A DNA stretch of 64,000 nt. It comes from Pseudomonadota bacterium (GTDB lineage: Bacteria; Bdellovibrionota; Bdellovibrionia; Bdellovibrionales; Bdellovibrionaceae). The position numbers and the translations under genes were made by a program. Where the stretch lies: positions 1 through 64,000 of the forward strand of contig JBEGVH010000040.1 in the NCBI GenBank assembly GCA_041178425.1. The letters are read 5' to 3'. Below are positions 48,171 through 58,654 of the stretch, piece by piece. Positions within the stretch are counted from its first letter, which is position 1. Each line of letters starts with the position of its first letter. Below the pieces are notes generated by a model. That model was not told the DNA's origin, ran no database searches, and was given only the letters and a program-made list of their open reading frames with translations.

Positions 48171-50216
48171 ATGAAATCAAAGCCATCGAATAGCCCATGG
48201 GTCCAAGGGCTCAATCCAGAGCAAGCGCAAGCGGTCCTCCACAGTGAAGGGCCGCTTCTTATTTTAGCGGGTGCAGGCTCGGGGAAAACCACTGTTTTGG
48301 TTGCACGGGCCGGTCGTTTAGTGGCCGAAGGCGTTTGTCGTCCAGATGAGCTCACAGTTTTGACTTTTACAAATAAAGCCGCGCGCGAACTTAAGCATCG
48401 GGTGCAAGTCAAATTAGGCAAAGTGGCCAAGAAAATTTGGGCAGGCACCTTTCACTCCTTCGGTTTACAAATCGTAAAAAAATATCACAAGCAGTTGGGT
48501 CTTCCTCATTCACCAACTATTCTTGATCAGAGTGACACGCAGGCAATCATTAAAGATTTGCTACGAGATTTGACGATCGCTGGAAAAGATAAGTTTGCGA
48601 CAGAGAAACTATTAAATCTTGTCAATGAGAAGCGAGCCAATCCAAAGAAAACCCTCGTAGCCGAGGAGGAATATCTCACCGTGGCCGATTGGCTTCTACC
48701 TCGCTACGAAAAGCGTCTCTCCCTCTTGGGGGCCGTTGATTTTGAGGGACTCCTGCTATTACCGCTCAAATTGCTCAAAGAAAACACTGATATTCGATTT
48801 GAGGTTCAGAAGCACACTCGCTACATGATGGTTGATGAGTTTCAAGATACCAATGCTCTGCAAATGGAGTTGATAGACCTTCTCATTCGGCCCCAAGACA
48901 ATCTTGCGGTGGTTGGTGATGACGATCAGTCGATTTATGGATGGCGAGGAGCTGTCATTCAAAACATCCTTGATTTTCCTCGCCAGTACAAAAAGTGTCA
49001 GGTGGTGAAATTGGAGCGTAATTATCGTTCTACGCCAGCCATTGTGGCGGTTGCGAATAGTGTCATTGAGAAAAACGACCATCGCCATGGCAAAGTGCTC
49101 AAGGCACAAGACTCTCACGACGACCCGCTGCCGGAAATATTTCAGTGCGAAAGTGACGAAGAAGAGTGCGAATTCGTCGTACAGCAAGTGCGACACTTCG
49201 GGGGGCTGGGGTATAAGCCAGCCGATATAGCTGTTCTCTTTCGCTCCAACGGGCAAGGGGCCCTTCTTGAGGGAACCCTTCGTCGGCATCATATCAAGTA
49301 TAAAATCACTGGAAGCTCGACTCTTTTTGATCGCAGAGAGGTAAAAGATGGCTTGGCCTTTCTACGATCGGCCTTAGCGCCTACGGATTTCTCTTTAAAA
49401 AGAATCCTTAACGTGCCCCCAAGAGGGCTCGGTGATGCCTTTTTGGAAACGGTGAACGAGGCTCAAAGTCATTCGGGGAAAGATTTTTTTGGTCTTCTCA
49501 CAGGAGATGGAGAGGCTCTTGGTCTAAAGAGTAATGTTCGTGAGAGCCTACAGGAACGGATGAGACAGCTCGATGATTTTGCAAAAAAATTATTGGATCG
49601 GTCTTCTAATTTAACACCCGGTCAGGAGCTTGAAGAGTTTCTTCGGGGAATTGGTTACCGTGATGAATTATTAGCAAGAAGTCCGGAAGCGCAAGCGGCT
49701 GAGCGACGTTGGTCGCTCATATGTATTTTAGGAAGAATTCTCGATGGTTTTGTACAAAAAGGGGAACGCAGCTTAGCGACCTTGATTGAGTTTTTAGAAG
49801 CTATGGAGCTTCGAGATTTCGATAGCAATGAAGAGGCCCATGATGAAATTCAGCTTTTAACTATGCATGCCTCGAAGGGGCTCGAATATCCAGTGGTGAT
49901 AATTATTGGAGTTGAGGAAGATTTGATTCCTCATCGAGTTTTAGGGACAGACGTGACGGAAGAGCGCCGGCTCTTTTATGTAGCGGTCACCAGAGCTAAA
50001 AAGCATCTTTTGATCTCGCGATGTTTAAAGCGAGAACGCTATGGTCGTCCTCAACCTGTGGCGCCCTCACGATTTTTACTAGAGATCCCTCCGGATCTCT
50101 ACCTTAAATACGATTCGATTTATCGCCCGGTCTCGGGTGAGGCAAGGCAAACCCTGGTTTCTGACTTCATGACCAAACTTCGCGATCGTCAGGCGACCAA
50201 GCCGAAAGCTCCTTAA
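48171..50216 (+). CDS. SF1A helicase UvrD/Rep family
   Basis: AGAGSGKT, TFTNKAA, VDEFQDTN, VGDDDQSIYGWRGA, LERNYRS, TMHASKGLE, EERRLFYVAVTRA. Confidence 0.95.
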   Translation: MKSKPSNSPWVQGLNPEQAQAVLHSEGPLLILAGAGSGKTTVLVARAGRLVAEGVCRPDELTVLTFTNKAARELKHRVQVKLGKVAKKIWAGTFHSFGLQIVKKYHKQLGLPHSPTILDQSDTQAIIKDLLRDLTIAGKDKFATEKLLNLVNEKRANPKKTLVAEEEYLTVADWLLPRYEKRLSLLGAVDFEGLLLLPLKLLKENTDIRFEVQKHTRYMMVDEFQDTNALQMELIDLLIRPQDNLAVVGDDDQSIYGWRGAVIQNILDFPRQYKKCQVVKLERNYRSTPAIVAVANSVIEKNDHRHGKVLKAQDSHDDPLPEIFQCESDEEECEFVVQQVRHFGGLGYKPADIAVLFRSNGQGALLEGTLRRHHIKYKITGSSTLFDRREVKDGLAFLRSALAPTDFSLKRILNVPPRGLGDAFLETVNEAQSHSGKDFFGLLTGDGEALGLKSNVRESLQERMRQLDDFAKKLLDRSSNLTPGQELEEFLRGIGYRDELLARSPEAQAAERRWSLICILGRILDGFVQKGERSLATLIEFLEAMELRDFDSNEEAHDEIQLLTMHASKGLEYPVVIIIGVEEDLIPHRVLGTDVTEERRLFYVAVTRAKKHLLISRCLKRERYGRPQPVAPSRFLLEIPPDLYLKYDSIYRPVSGEARQTLVSDFMTKLRDRQATKPKAP

Positions 50217-50306
50217 AAAACCTAAAAAAGATGCGCTGCCCAATAGCTCGACCTTTGGTTCTAATCCTCTGACAATTTTTAAATCAACTTCACCGGAGGA
50301 AAAGAT

Positions 50307-51245
50307 ATGAGTTTGGCGACGACGAATGACTTTTGTTTACGATTGGATGATCTCGCTGAGCTTTTGAATTTAAAGCCGGAGAAAACGAAGAAAGAACTAT
50401 CGGCGCTTGGGTTGGAGATTTTCCTTACCCAGGGCAAGGCCTACGTCACACCTGAAAATGTAAGGAAATACCTCGAGCACAAGGGGTTTTCCTATAGGCC
50501 CCAGGTCATTTCGTTTCAAATGCTGAAGGGCGGAGTGGCTAAAACGACGTCCTGTTTAAACATCGGTCTGCGAGCGGCGATGTATGGATTTAGAGTTTTA
50601 TTTCTCGATTTAGATCAGCAAGCCAATCTTAGTTTCGCCCTGGGGGTTGATGATCTCGATGCCCCTGTTTTTTTGAACGTACTAGAACGCAAGACCATAC
50701 TGTCTAAGGCGATAAAACCTCTGACCTCAAATATCAGTTTATTGCCCTCAAATCTCAATAATTCAGTGGTTGAGCGGGTTCTTCTTCAGGGGGTGCGTAA
50801 TCTAGGGCGCGTCGTGCGGGGGCCCATTGAAGACGTTTTAGGAACCTTTGATTTGGTATTGATTGATACGGCGCCGAGCCTGAGTGCCCTTAATACCGCG
50901 GTGACTTGTGCGTCGGATCGGATTGTTTTGCCTATAAACCCCGATAAGTTCACCTTGTTTGGTGTGCAAAAACACATGGCCGATTTGCAGCAAATTCAAG
51001 AGGATTTTTCTGTGAAATTTGACGTAAATATTCTTTTTACCAAATATGACGGGCGAGAATCTTCCAGTCAGGCTTATTTTAACCAGTGCTTGGAGCTGTT
51101 TGGAAAAAAAATGATTAGAACTTATGTTCGTCAGACCGCTGAAATCAAGAACACCATTGCCTCTGGTCGGACTATTTTTGATCTCAAGGGGAATGCTAAA
51201 GAGGATTACGACCGCGTCACTCGAGATATTTTTAATCTTTGGTGA
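50307..51245 (+). CDS. ParA/Soj family ATPase with N-terminal HTH-like extension
   Basis: KGGVAKTT deviant Walker A, DLDQQAN, IDTAPS. Confidence 0.88.
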   Translation: MSLATTNDFCLRLDDLAELLNLKPEKTKKELSALGLEIFLTQGKAYVTPENVRKYLEHKGFSYRPQVISFQMLKGGVAKTTSCLNIGLRAAMYGFRVLFLDLDQQANLSFALGVDDLDAPVFLNVLERKTILSKAIKPLTSNISLLPSNLNNSVVERVLLQGVRNLGRVVRGPIEDVLGTFDLVLIDTAPSLSALNTAVTCASDRIVLPINPDKFTLFGVQKHMADLQQIQEDFSVKFDVNILFTKYDGRESSSQAYFNQCLELFGKKMIRTYVRQTAEIKNTIASGRTIFDLKGNAKEDYDRVTRDIFNLW

Positions 51246-51362
51246 AGCGGGCAACAAGGAGTGGTTCCCGAGGAATTCCTTGTCAGCCCCAAATGATTTA
51301 GGTATAGCTCATCTCGTTGGCGTCATTGGTAAAACCACGAGACCAATTCGAAGGAGGAGTCT

Positions 51363-51944
51363 ATGTCTAGTTCCAAAAGCAAAGTTAAAAAGCAAACGAG
51401 CAAAAAAGAACATCAACATGATATCCCTGTGGTAAAAACAGCGAAAGGTCGACGTCCTCATACCGAAGTAGTTCTTGAGCCTTATCAGCCATCTCTCTTG
51501 AACGAGGCAGACATCGAGGCCGCGAAAGTGACAGAGAGCTCTGTTTCTCCTGAGGAACTAATTCTCGCGGGGGCCACTGTTGAGACTGAAAACAAAGAAG
51601 AAGTGATCCTAGAGGGCAAACCTGCGCCTCCACCAGAACGAAAGAAAATCAGCATGAAAGAAAAAATCGAGAGCGTCAAAGGTGTTTTAACGATGGGAAC
51701 GGCCATTGCGAAGTCATCTTTTCCTAAATCCTACGAGTTCGCGGAAAAAATTGTTGAGGATTGGAAACAAGATGGGGATTTTTCTGAGTTGCCAATTAAT
51801 CAGCCGCTGGTTCAATTTTACGTTGGTTTAGGTCTTCGTAAGGCGAAACAAACCGAAAAAACACTTGAGAAAAAACTAGAGACTGCGGGTGTGTTGCCAG
51901 TGGTGCGTCAGCAGTTAAATAAGGCGCAGAAGCTCTTTAAATAA
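51363..51944 (+). CDS. Hypothetical protein
   Basis: AGGAGG RBS, 193 aa, coupled to bolA. Confidence 0.7.
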   Translation: MSSSKSKVKKQTSKKEHQHDIPVVKTAKGRRPHTEVVLEPYQPSLLNEADIEAAKVTESSVSPEELILAGATVETENKEEVILEGKPAPPPERKKISMKEKIESVKGVLTMGTAIAKSSFPKSYEFAEKIVEDWKQDGDFSELPINQPLVQFYVGLGLRKAKQTEKTLEKKLETAGVLPVVRQQLNKAQKLFK

Positions 51945-52261
51945 TGGATAACGAACGCCAATCACTCTCCCGATTAGTTCGCTTTGAGAAGATCTTTCGG
52001 GAGAATCTTAGAATTGTTTACCTTGAAATCGAAAACGAAAGCGCTTCGCACTCTGGTCATTATGATGGCGATGGAGAAAGTCATTGGAGGGTTTTGATCG
52101 TCGCCGACAACTTCAAGGACCTCGCTCGCGTTCGTCGTCATCAACTAGTCAACGATCTCGTGAAAGATGAATTTTCGTCGGGTCTGCATGCGCTCACTCT
52201 TCAGCTTTTTGATGCTGGTGAGTGGGAGAAGAAAAAGCAAAATCATTTTGACCAGCCCTAA
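51944..52261 (+). CDS. bolA: BolA family protein
   Basis: NESASHSGH, ESHWRVLIV..F, RHQLVN, GLHAL. Confidence 0.9.
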   Translation: MDNERQSLSRLVRFEKIFRENLRIVYLEIENESASHSGHYDGDGESHWRVLIVADNFKDLARVRRHQLVNDLVKDEFSSGLHALTLQLFDAGEWEKKKQNHFDQP

Positions 52262-52312
52262 AGCCAATATTTTATTAAATGTTAGTTTAGCTAGCCTCTT
52301 AATGATGGCCGT

Positions 52313-52570
52313 TTAAAGGGATTCACTAGGTTCATTGGGAGCTGGCGTTGGCTCAACGGTACTTGGAGTAGACAGTTCGTCCAGTTTCGATTTGAGTTCA
52401 ATGAGAAGGCCTTCAATCTCCCTCATCATTTTTTGGTCAGGTGCGACCTTTCCTTCTTCTTTAACGGTGTGGGAAATTGTAGTCCACTCCTCGAGCGCTT
52501 GTGAAAGATGAATTCCAGAGGCCTTCAATGTTTTTTTCTGATTTTTTTCAGCCATGATAACTTCTTTCAT
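52313..52570 (-). CDS. Small hypothetical protein
   Basis: Helical 80-85 aa ORF in the intergenic space. Confidence 0.5.
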   Translation of the reverse strand: MKEVIMAEKNQKKTLKASGIHLSQALEEWTTISHTVKEEGKVAPDQKMMREIEGLLIELKSKLDELSTPSTVEPTPAPNEPSESL

Positions 52571-52805
52571 CGATGAATCTATAAACGGATTGCCGTACTA
52601 CCTAACTTAATTAAAGATCGTCACCCAGGTAAATTTCAAGTGAAAGTTTGCTTTTTAATGAATTTCCCCAGTTTCCCCTTTGGGAAATTGACATTTTCGC
52701 AGGGGGAAAGCAAAATAACCCTATATTTCCAATCTTTATTTATAGGCTCAGCGAATCGAAGTTCATTCGTCTAAGAGTAAATTCTGACAAACACAGGAGG
52801 TCGAA

Positions 52806-54479
52806 ATGTCTCAAGATATTATTTATACCATGAAGGGAGTTTCCAAGGTTTATCCTCCCAATAAATATGTCCTCCGTAATATTTATTTATCTTATTTTTA
52901 TGGAGCCAAAATCGGGGTTTTGGGATTGAATGGATCGGGTAAGTCGACCCTTTTAAAAATCATGGCGGGTTTAGATAAGGATTTTATTGGAGAAGCTTTT
53001 CCTGCGCGTGAATTCAAGGTGGGTTATCTCGAACAGGAGCCTCAGCTCGATCCTAAACTGACGGTGAAAGAAAACATTTTCTCTGGCATGGGTGAGTTGC
53101 CCCTGTTGGTGGAAGAGTTTAACAAGATTAATCAGCGACTCTGCGAAGACATCTCTCCCGAAGAAATGGAAAAACTCATTGAGCGTCAGGCAACAGTTCA
53201 AGAAAAAATCGAAGCGCTCGACGGGTGGGAAGTGGATCAAAAAATTAATGTGGCGATGGATGCTCTTCGATGCCCAGATGGAGACTCTCAAGTCACTAAT
53301 CTTTCGGGTGGAGAAAAACGTCGAGTGGCTCTTTGTCGTTTGCTTCTTTCAAATCCGGATATTTTACTCCTCGACGAGCCAACCAACCACCTAGACGCTG
53401 AGAGCGTCGGCTGGCTTGAGCAGTTTTTGGCCCGGTTCCCTGGTACTGTCATTGCTGTTACGCATGATCGTTATTTTCTCGATAACGTGGCAGGGTGGAT
53501 CCTCGAACTTGACCGAGGAGAAGGAATTCCTTGGAAAGGCAATTACTCTTCATGGTTAGAGCAGAAAGAAGCTCGCACGGCGCAAGAGGAGAAAGATAAC
53601 TCGCGTCGTAACAAGACATTGGAGCGGGAGTTGGAGTGGGTGAGAATGGCACCAAAGGCTCGACAAGGAAAATCAAAAGCCCGTCTTTCTGCCTATGAAA
53701 ATCTCTTAAAAGAGCCAACAAAAGAGCGATTACAAGATCTTTCAATCTACATTCCACCAGGACCTCGCTTGGGGGATGTTGTTGTGGAAGCTAAGAACGT
53801 GACGAAGGCCTATGGAGACAAGCTCCTTTTGGATAATGTTAATTTCTCAATTCCTAAGGGTGCGATTGTCGGAATTATCGGGCCGAATGGTGCAGGTAAG
53901 ACAACTCTCTTTCGAATGATTACAGGGAAAGAAAAACCAGATGCTGGCGATTTGATTGTGGGTGAAACGGTAAAATACGCCTATGTGGATCAAGGGCGTG
54001 ATACTCTAGAAGGAGCGAAAACTGTTCACGAGGTTATCAGCGAGGGTCAGGAGCCCATTCGCCTAGGAACCAGAGAAGTTGCTTCACGGCAGTATGTTTC
54101 TTGGTTTAACTTTTCGGGCGGTGATCAAGAGAAAAAAGTTGGAAATCTATCGGGTGGAGAAAGAAATCGCGTTAATTTGGCGAAAATGTTAAAAACGGGT
54201 TCTAATTTACTTTTGCTGGATGAACCCACCAATGATTTAGATGTGAACACCATGAGAGCCCTCGAGGATGCGCTTCTGGAGTTCGGTGGTTCTGCGATCG
54301 TTATCTCGCATGATCGCTGGTTTTTAGATCGTATTTGTACTCATATATTGGCCTTCGAAGGCGATAGTCAGGTTTATTTCTACCCTGGAAACTACTCTGA
54401 ATATGAAGCTGATCGTCAAAAGCGACTGGGGTCGGCGGCTCTTCAGCCTCACCGCATTCGTTATCGTCCGATTCAGTAG
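52806..54479 (+). CDS. ettA: Energy-dependent translational throttle ABC-F protein EttA
   Basis: GAKIGVLGLNGSGKST, two ABC domains, LERELEWVR..PKARQGKSKARL linker. Confidence 0.96.
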   Translation: MSQDIIYTMKGVSKVYPPNKYVLRNIYLSYFYGAKIGVLGLNGSGKSTLLKIMAGLDKDFIGEAFPAREFKVGYLEQEPQLDPKLTVKENIFSGMGELPLLVEEFNKINQRLCEDISPEEMEKLIERQATVQEKIEALDGWEVDQKINVAMDALRCPDGDSQVTNLSGGEKRRVALCRLLLSNPDILLLDEPTNHLDAESVGWLEQFLARFPGTVIAVTHDRYFLDNVAGWILELDRGEGIPWKGNYSSWLEQKEARTAQEEKDNSRRNKTLERELEWVRMAPKARQGKSKARLSAYENLLKEPTKERLQDLSIYIPPGPRLGDVVVEAKNVTKAYGDKLLLDNVNFSIPKGAIVGIIGPNGAGKTTLFRMITGKEKPDAGDLIVGETVKYAYVDQGRDTLEGAKTVHEVISEGQEPIRLGTREVASRQYVSWFNFSGGDQEKKVGNLSGGERNRVNLAKMLKTGSNLLLLDEPTNDLDVNTMRALEDALLEFGGSAIVISHDRWFLDRICTHILAFEGDSQVYFYPGNYSEYEADRQKRLGSAALQPHRIRYRPIQ

Positions 54480-54492
54480 GGCGTTTTAAGTT

Positions 54493-54522
54493 AAAAGAGA
54501 GGTTTGTACCTCTCTTTTTTTT
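54493..54522. terminator. Bidirectional intrinsic terminator
   Basis: AAAAGAGAGGT-TTGT-ACCTCTCTTTT between convergent genes. Confidence 0.85.
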
Positions 54523-54535
54523 GCCTTTTTAGGGA

Positions 54536-54985
54536 CTACAACAACGATAGTTGGTCGTAGTGTTCCCTCAGTTGAATATAAGTTTCGGTGGCTCTGGGGT
54601 GTGGGTTTTGGTCTGGGTGAAGGGATCTCGCCAGTCTTCGGAATTGTTTTTGAAGTTCCGTTTTATTGAAGTTCTCATTGAGAGCCGCGCCTTTTTTCCA
54701 AAACCACAACCAGCCTTCTTTTTGTTTCTTGGTGAGGTGGTTGGGCGGGTTTGGTGGTGTTGGTAATTCGATCTGTGAGAGCCTTTGAATGTCGGTTTGA
54801 GTTGAAGATTGAGGAAAATAAACCTTGTTTTTGCCGCTAGAAATACTGGTTTTGGCTATGGTTGCGAGGAGAAAGGCGAGGTGATCGGGGGGTGTTTCGA
54901 GTGGGCGAGACCACGGAGATTCAGAACCTTGAGGCTTGTTTTTTGCTAGTTTCTCTCTGAGAATGCGTTCAAATTCACTCTTCAT
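54536..54985 (-). CDS. J-domain (DnaJ-like) protein
   Basis: C-terminal LQKQFRRLARSLHPDQN motif. Confidence 0.8.
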   Translation of the reverse strand: MKSEFERILREKLAKNKPQGSESPWSRPLETPPDHLAFLLATIAKTSISSGKNKVYFPQSSTQTDIQRLSQIELPTPPNPPNHLTKKQKEGWLWFWKKGAALNENFNKTELQKQFRRLARSLHPDQNPHPRATETYIQLREHYDQLSLL

Positions 54986-55153
54986 AGGTTCCTTTTCGGA
55001 GGGAAATTGTCAATTTTGAGTCGAGAATGAAGAAAACAAAAAAAAACGGTATTGACTCTTATTTTTTTTAGACATTAGACTGAAGACAGTTGAACAAACG
55101 TAGAGTCTGTAAAACTAAAACAATTAGCCAAAGACCAATTTCGGGAGGATCAA

Positions 55154-55525
55154 ATGGCGAAGGCAAAGAAAGCCGTAAAAAAAGCAGCACCTAAAAAAGC
55201 AACTAAGGCAGCAGCTCCTAAAAAAGCTAAACCTGCAAAAGCAGCTAAAGCAGCACCTAAAAAAGCCGCTTCTAAAAGAAAGCCAAATGCAGCTTTCATG
55301 AAACCACTTACTCCAAGCTCGGCTCTTGCTGCTATCGTTGGTGCGTCTCCATTGCCACGCACTCAGATCGTTAAAAAGATCTGGGATTACATCAAAAAAC
55401 ACGGTCTTCAAGATGCTAAAAACAGAAGAAACATCAATGCTGATGATAAATTGAAGCCAATCTTCGGAAAAGCTTCTGTAAGCATGTTCGAAATGACAAA
55501 GCTTGTAAGCAAGCACCTTAAGTAA
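55154..55525 (+). CDS. SWIB/MDM2 domain protein with histone H1-like Lys/Ala-rich N-terminus
   Basis: KKAAPKKA repeats; RKPNAAFMKPL...RTQIVKKIWDYIKKHGLQD...ADDKLK. Confidence 0.93.
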   Translation: MAKAKKAVKKAAPKKATKAAAPKKAKPAKAAKAAPKKAASKRKPNAAFMKPLTPSSALAAIVGASPLPRTQIVKKIWDYIKKHGLQDAKNRRNINADDKLKPIFGKASVSMFEMTKLVSKHLK

Positions 55526-55550
55526 TTTCTGGTTAAACAGAGATTCTTCG

Positions 55551-55577
55551 AAAAGCCTCCTTACGGGAGGCTTTTTT
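55551..55577 (+). terminator. Intrinsic terminator
   Basis: AAAAGCCTCC-TTACG-GGAGGCTTTTTT. Confidence 0.88.
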
Positions 55578-55713
55578 GTTTTTAGCTTCAAGAAAAAGAG
55601 ACAAAAATTGTTCCTCCTTAGACAGGTAACGCCTTTCTGATGGTCCCTTGATCGATTAAAAAAATCACTTTCTGCTTACCTTGCTCCTGATTTTAGTGTT
55701 ATCACTAGGGGCA

Positions 55714-56478
55714 ATGTCGAAGCCATCTATACTCTCAAAAGACGATATTGTTCTCATGCGGAAATCCTGCCAGTTGGCGGCCCGTACGCTTGAGCATGTG
55801 AAACCCTTTGTGAAGGCTGGTATTACCACAAACGAAATAGACCAGATCGTACACGACTATATTCTCAGTAAGGGGGCAAAGCCTTCTCCGCTGGGTTATC
55901 ATGGTTATCCAAAAAGTGTTTGCACCTCTATCAACGAAGTAGTTTGTCATGGAATTCCAGATCAAACAGTCGTTAAAGAGGGTGATATTATTAATGTCGA
56001 TGTAACTTGTTTTTTGGATGGTTTTCATGGGGACACCTCCGCGACGATTATGGTTGGGAACGTGTCTGAAAAGGCTCGCGACATCACGACTGTTGCCTAC
56101 GAGTGTATGATGAAGGGAATTGAAGCTATTACTCCCATGGGAACTACGGGGGACATCGGTTTTTCCATTGATAAATACGCTTCTCGAAAAGGCTATACCA
56201 CCGTTAAAGAAATTGGTGGCCACGGAATAGGGAGAACGTTTCATGATGAGCCCTTTGTTCCAAGTTTTGGTAAAAAAGGGAAGGGATCAAAGTTGATTCC
56301 ATGGCGCTGCTTTACTGTAGAGCCGATGATTAATGAAACAACGGCTCCGTTGAAAGAGCATGACATTCCTAATTCGGCCATCAAATGGTACACGACGGGG
56401 GATAACACTCTCTCAGCTCAATTTGAACACACGATTTTAGTAACAGACACCGGGTACGATATTTTGACGGTACCCTAA
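55714..56478 (+). CDS. map: Type I methionine aminopeptidase
   Basis: CTSINEVVCHGIP, DIINVDV, GFHGDTS, GHGIG, TVEPMIN, SAQFEHT. Confidence 0.97.
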   Translation: MSKPSILSKDDIVLMRKSCQLAARTLEHVKPFVKAGITTNEIDQIVHDYILSKGAKPSPLGYHGYPKSVCTSINEVVCHGIPDQTVVKEGDIINVDVTCFLDGFHGDTSATIMVGNVSEKARDITTVAYECMMKGIEAITPMGTTGDIGFSIDKYASRKGYTTVKEIGGHGIGRTFHDEPFVPSFGKKGKGSKLIPWRCFTVEPMINETTAPLKEHDIPNSAIKWYTTGDNTLSAQFEHTILVTDTGYDILTVP

Positions 56479-56495
56479 AAGGAAAGGTTTAAGAA

Positions 56496-57905
56496 ATGGC
56501 AACAATGACGGTTATTCAATCTACCAAGGGAGTCAAAACAATGAAGAACAGCAAAAAGACTGTTTCTAAAGCGTTAGCGATGCAGCCTGATTACAAAGTC
56601 TGTAAAGAAGCCATGGAGAATCCAAAGGTTTTTGCAGAATTGGCGCGTTGGGGACGTGAAGAAATTCGCATTGCCGAATCTGAAATGCCAGGCCTTATGG
56701 CACTTCGTAAAGAGTACGGAAAGTCTCAGCCACTCAAAGGGGCTCGTATCGCTGGTTGTTTGCACATGACCATTCAAACGGCGGTTCTTATCGAAACGCT
56801 GGTTCATTTAGGGGCAAAAATTCGTTGGTCTTCTTGCAATATTTTTTCAACTCAAGATCACGCAGCGGTTGCCATGGCAGCGGCGGGCATTCCTGTTTTC
56901 GCCTGGAAAGGTGAAACAGAAGAAGAATTCAACTGGTGTATTGAACAAACAATTACTGGTTGGGGTAAAGACGGTTATAATTTGATTCTCGATGATGGTG
57001 GCGATTTGACAAATATGATGCACGAAAAGCGTTTTGCTCATATTCTCAAAGGAATCATTGGTCTCAGTGAAGAAACAACGACAGGCGTTCATAATCTTGA
57101 AAAACTCCATAAAAAAGGTCTTCTGAAAGTTCCTGCAATCAATGTGAATGATTCTGTGACTAAGTCAAAATTTGATAACCTTTATGGTTGCCGTGAGTCT
57201 TTAGCGGATGGCATCAAGCGTGCCACAGACACTATGGTGGCCGGTAAAGTGGTGGTGGTTGCTGGATATGGTGATGTGGGTAAGGGTTGTGCGTTCAGCA
57301 TGCGTTCCTATGGTGCGCGAGTGCTTGTAACGGAAATCGATCCTATCTGTGCTCTGCAAGCGGCAATGGAAGGCTTCGAAGTAACGACGATGGAAGAGGC
57401 CGCACCTGAGGCCGACATTTTTGTAACAGCAACTGGATGCCTTGATATCATCACTGATAAGCATTTTAGCAAAATGAAAAACAACGCTATTGTTTGCAAT
57501 ATCGGTCACTTTGATATCGAAATTGACATGGCTTGGTTGAATAAGAACAGCAAAGTTCGTGAAATTAAAGCGCAGGTTGATCTTCATACTTTGAAAAATG
57601 GCCGTAGCGTTATTATTTTGGCTAAAGGTCGTTTAGTGAATCTTGGTTGTGCAACAGGGCACCCGAGCTTTGTTATGAGTAACTCATTCACTAATCAGGT
57701 TTTGGCGCAAATCGAGCTTTACCTCAATCGCGACAAGTACTCTGAAATTGGCGTTTACCGCTTACCAAAGCATCTTGATGAAAAAGTTGCAGCTCTTCAT
57801 CTCGATAAACTTGGGGTTAAATTAACAAAATTAAGCGATAAACAATCGAAGTACCTTGGTCTTTCTCAGCAAGGTCCATTCAAGCCAGAGCATTACCGTT
57901 ATTAG
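56496..57905 (+). CDS. ahcY: S-adenosylhomocysteine hydrolase
   Basis: [50 protein letters not shown]. Confidence 0.98.
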   Translation: MATMTVIQSTKGVKTMKNSKKTVSKALAMQPDYKVCKEAMENPKVFAELARWGREEIRIAESEMPGLMALRKEYGKSQPLKGARIAGCLHMTIQTAVLIETLVHLGAKIRWSSCNIFSTQDHAAVAMAAAGIPVFAWKGETEEEFNWCIEQTITGWGKDGYNLILDDGGDLTNMMHEKRFAHILKGIIGLSEETTTGVHNLEKLHKKGLLKVPAINVNDSVTKSKFDNLYGCRESLADGIKRATDTMVAGKVVVVAGYGDVGKGCAFSMRSYGARVLVTEIDPICALQAAMEGFEVTTMEEAAPEADIFVTATGCLDIITDKHFSKMKNNAIVCNIGHFDIEIDMAWLNKNSKVREIKAQVDLHTLKNGRSVIILAKGRLVNLGCATGHPSFVMSNSFTNQVLAQIELYLNRDKYSEIGVYRLPKHLDEKVAALHLDKLGVKLTKLSDKQSKYLGLSQQGPFKPEHYRY

Positions 57906-57933
57906 TTTTTTCCCTAGCTTGAGCTAAGAATAC

Positions 57934-57966
57934 AAAAAAGCCGATCTCGTTGAGGTCGGCTTTTTT
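57934..57966. terminator. Bidirectional intrinsic terminator
   Basis: AAAAAAGCCGATCTC-GTT-GAGGTCGGCTTTTTT. Confidence 0.88.
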
Positions 57967-58018
57967 ATTTTTAAGTTCAATTGTAAGTTTGGGTCAGCGG
58001 CCCAAGTTTTTTTCAGAA

Positions 58019-58579
58019 TTACCCCTTTGTTTGAATTTTAATGTGTTGCTCAATTTGTTGAATAGCCTTATTTGGAATATGAGCGAACTCAATAGAAAAA
58101 CCGGATTTATCGTCAAGTATATGTCTAACCACTCCGGTGGCCGCGAAAGGTTCAACGGTAGACTCTTCTTCGGGGTGAATCTCAATTTGTGCAATAGCAG
58201 CGTCTCTGGGGGGCAAGTGTTGAGAAATGATCATCATTCCACCGGTGCTTAAATCTCTGCAAATACCAATGTGGTTTGTCTGTGGTGGATCTTCTTTAAA
58301 ATGAAATCGCACCACGGCAATAAGTTCTGCTCTCTGGCCCTTGCGTTTGTCGCTCAGTTGGGTTTTTTCTATTCCTCTCATGAGGTTTAAAATATCTTCT
58401 AGCTCTGGTACACTTTCAATTTCAGTCCATTGTTCGAGGCCTGGCCCGATGGCAAAGAGGGGGCCTTGCATTTTTCCGCTCTTAATGACCATTCGAATCT
58501 CGGACAAACTTAATGGGCCAAAGCCACTGCCTCTGTACTGTAAATACCAAGTTGTTAACGACATAGTATTAACCCTCAA
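58019..58579 (-). CDS. GYF_2 plus PilZ domain protein (c-di-GMP receptor candidate)
   Basis: WYL...GPLS...PGLEQW GYF_2; RKGQR and DLSTGG PilZ motifs. Confidence 0.85.
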   Translation of the reverse strand: MRVNTMSLTTWYLQYRGSGFGPLSLSEIRMVIKSGKMQGPLFAIGPGLEQWTEIESVPELEDILNLMRGIEKTQLSDKRKGQRAELIAVVRFHFKEDPPQTNHIGICRDLSTGGMMIISQHLPPRDAAIAQIEIHPEEESTVEPFAATGVVRHILDDKSGFSIEFAHIPNKAIQQIEQHIKIQTKG

Positions 58580-58654
58580 GAAATCACATTCCTAACCCTG
58601 ATGATCTCATTAGACCAAAAAGCTGTAAATTTTTTTTAATGCACCAAATTGAGA

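Noticed and set aside
55124..55591. Antisense ORFs over the SWIB gene, and the other nested ORFs in the track
   Set aside because: Shadows of well-supported genes on the other strand or frame
56479..56495. SAH riboswitch before ahcY
   Set aside because: The intergenic gap is only 17 bp; ahcY appears co-transcribed with map
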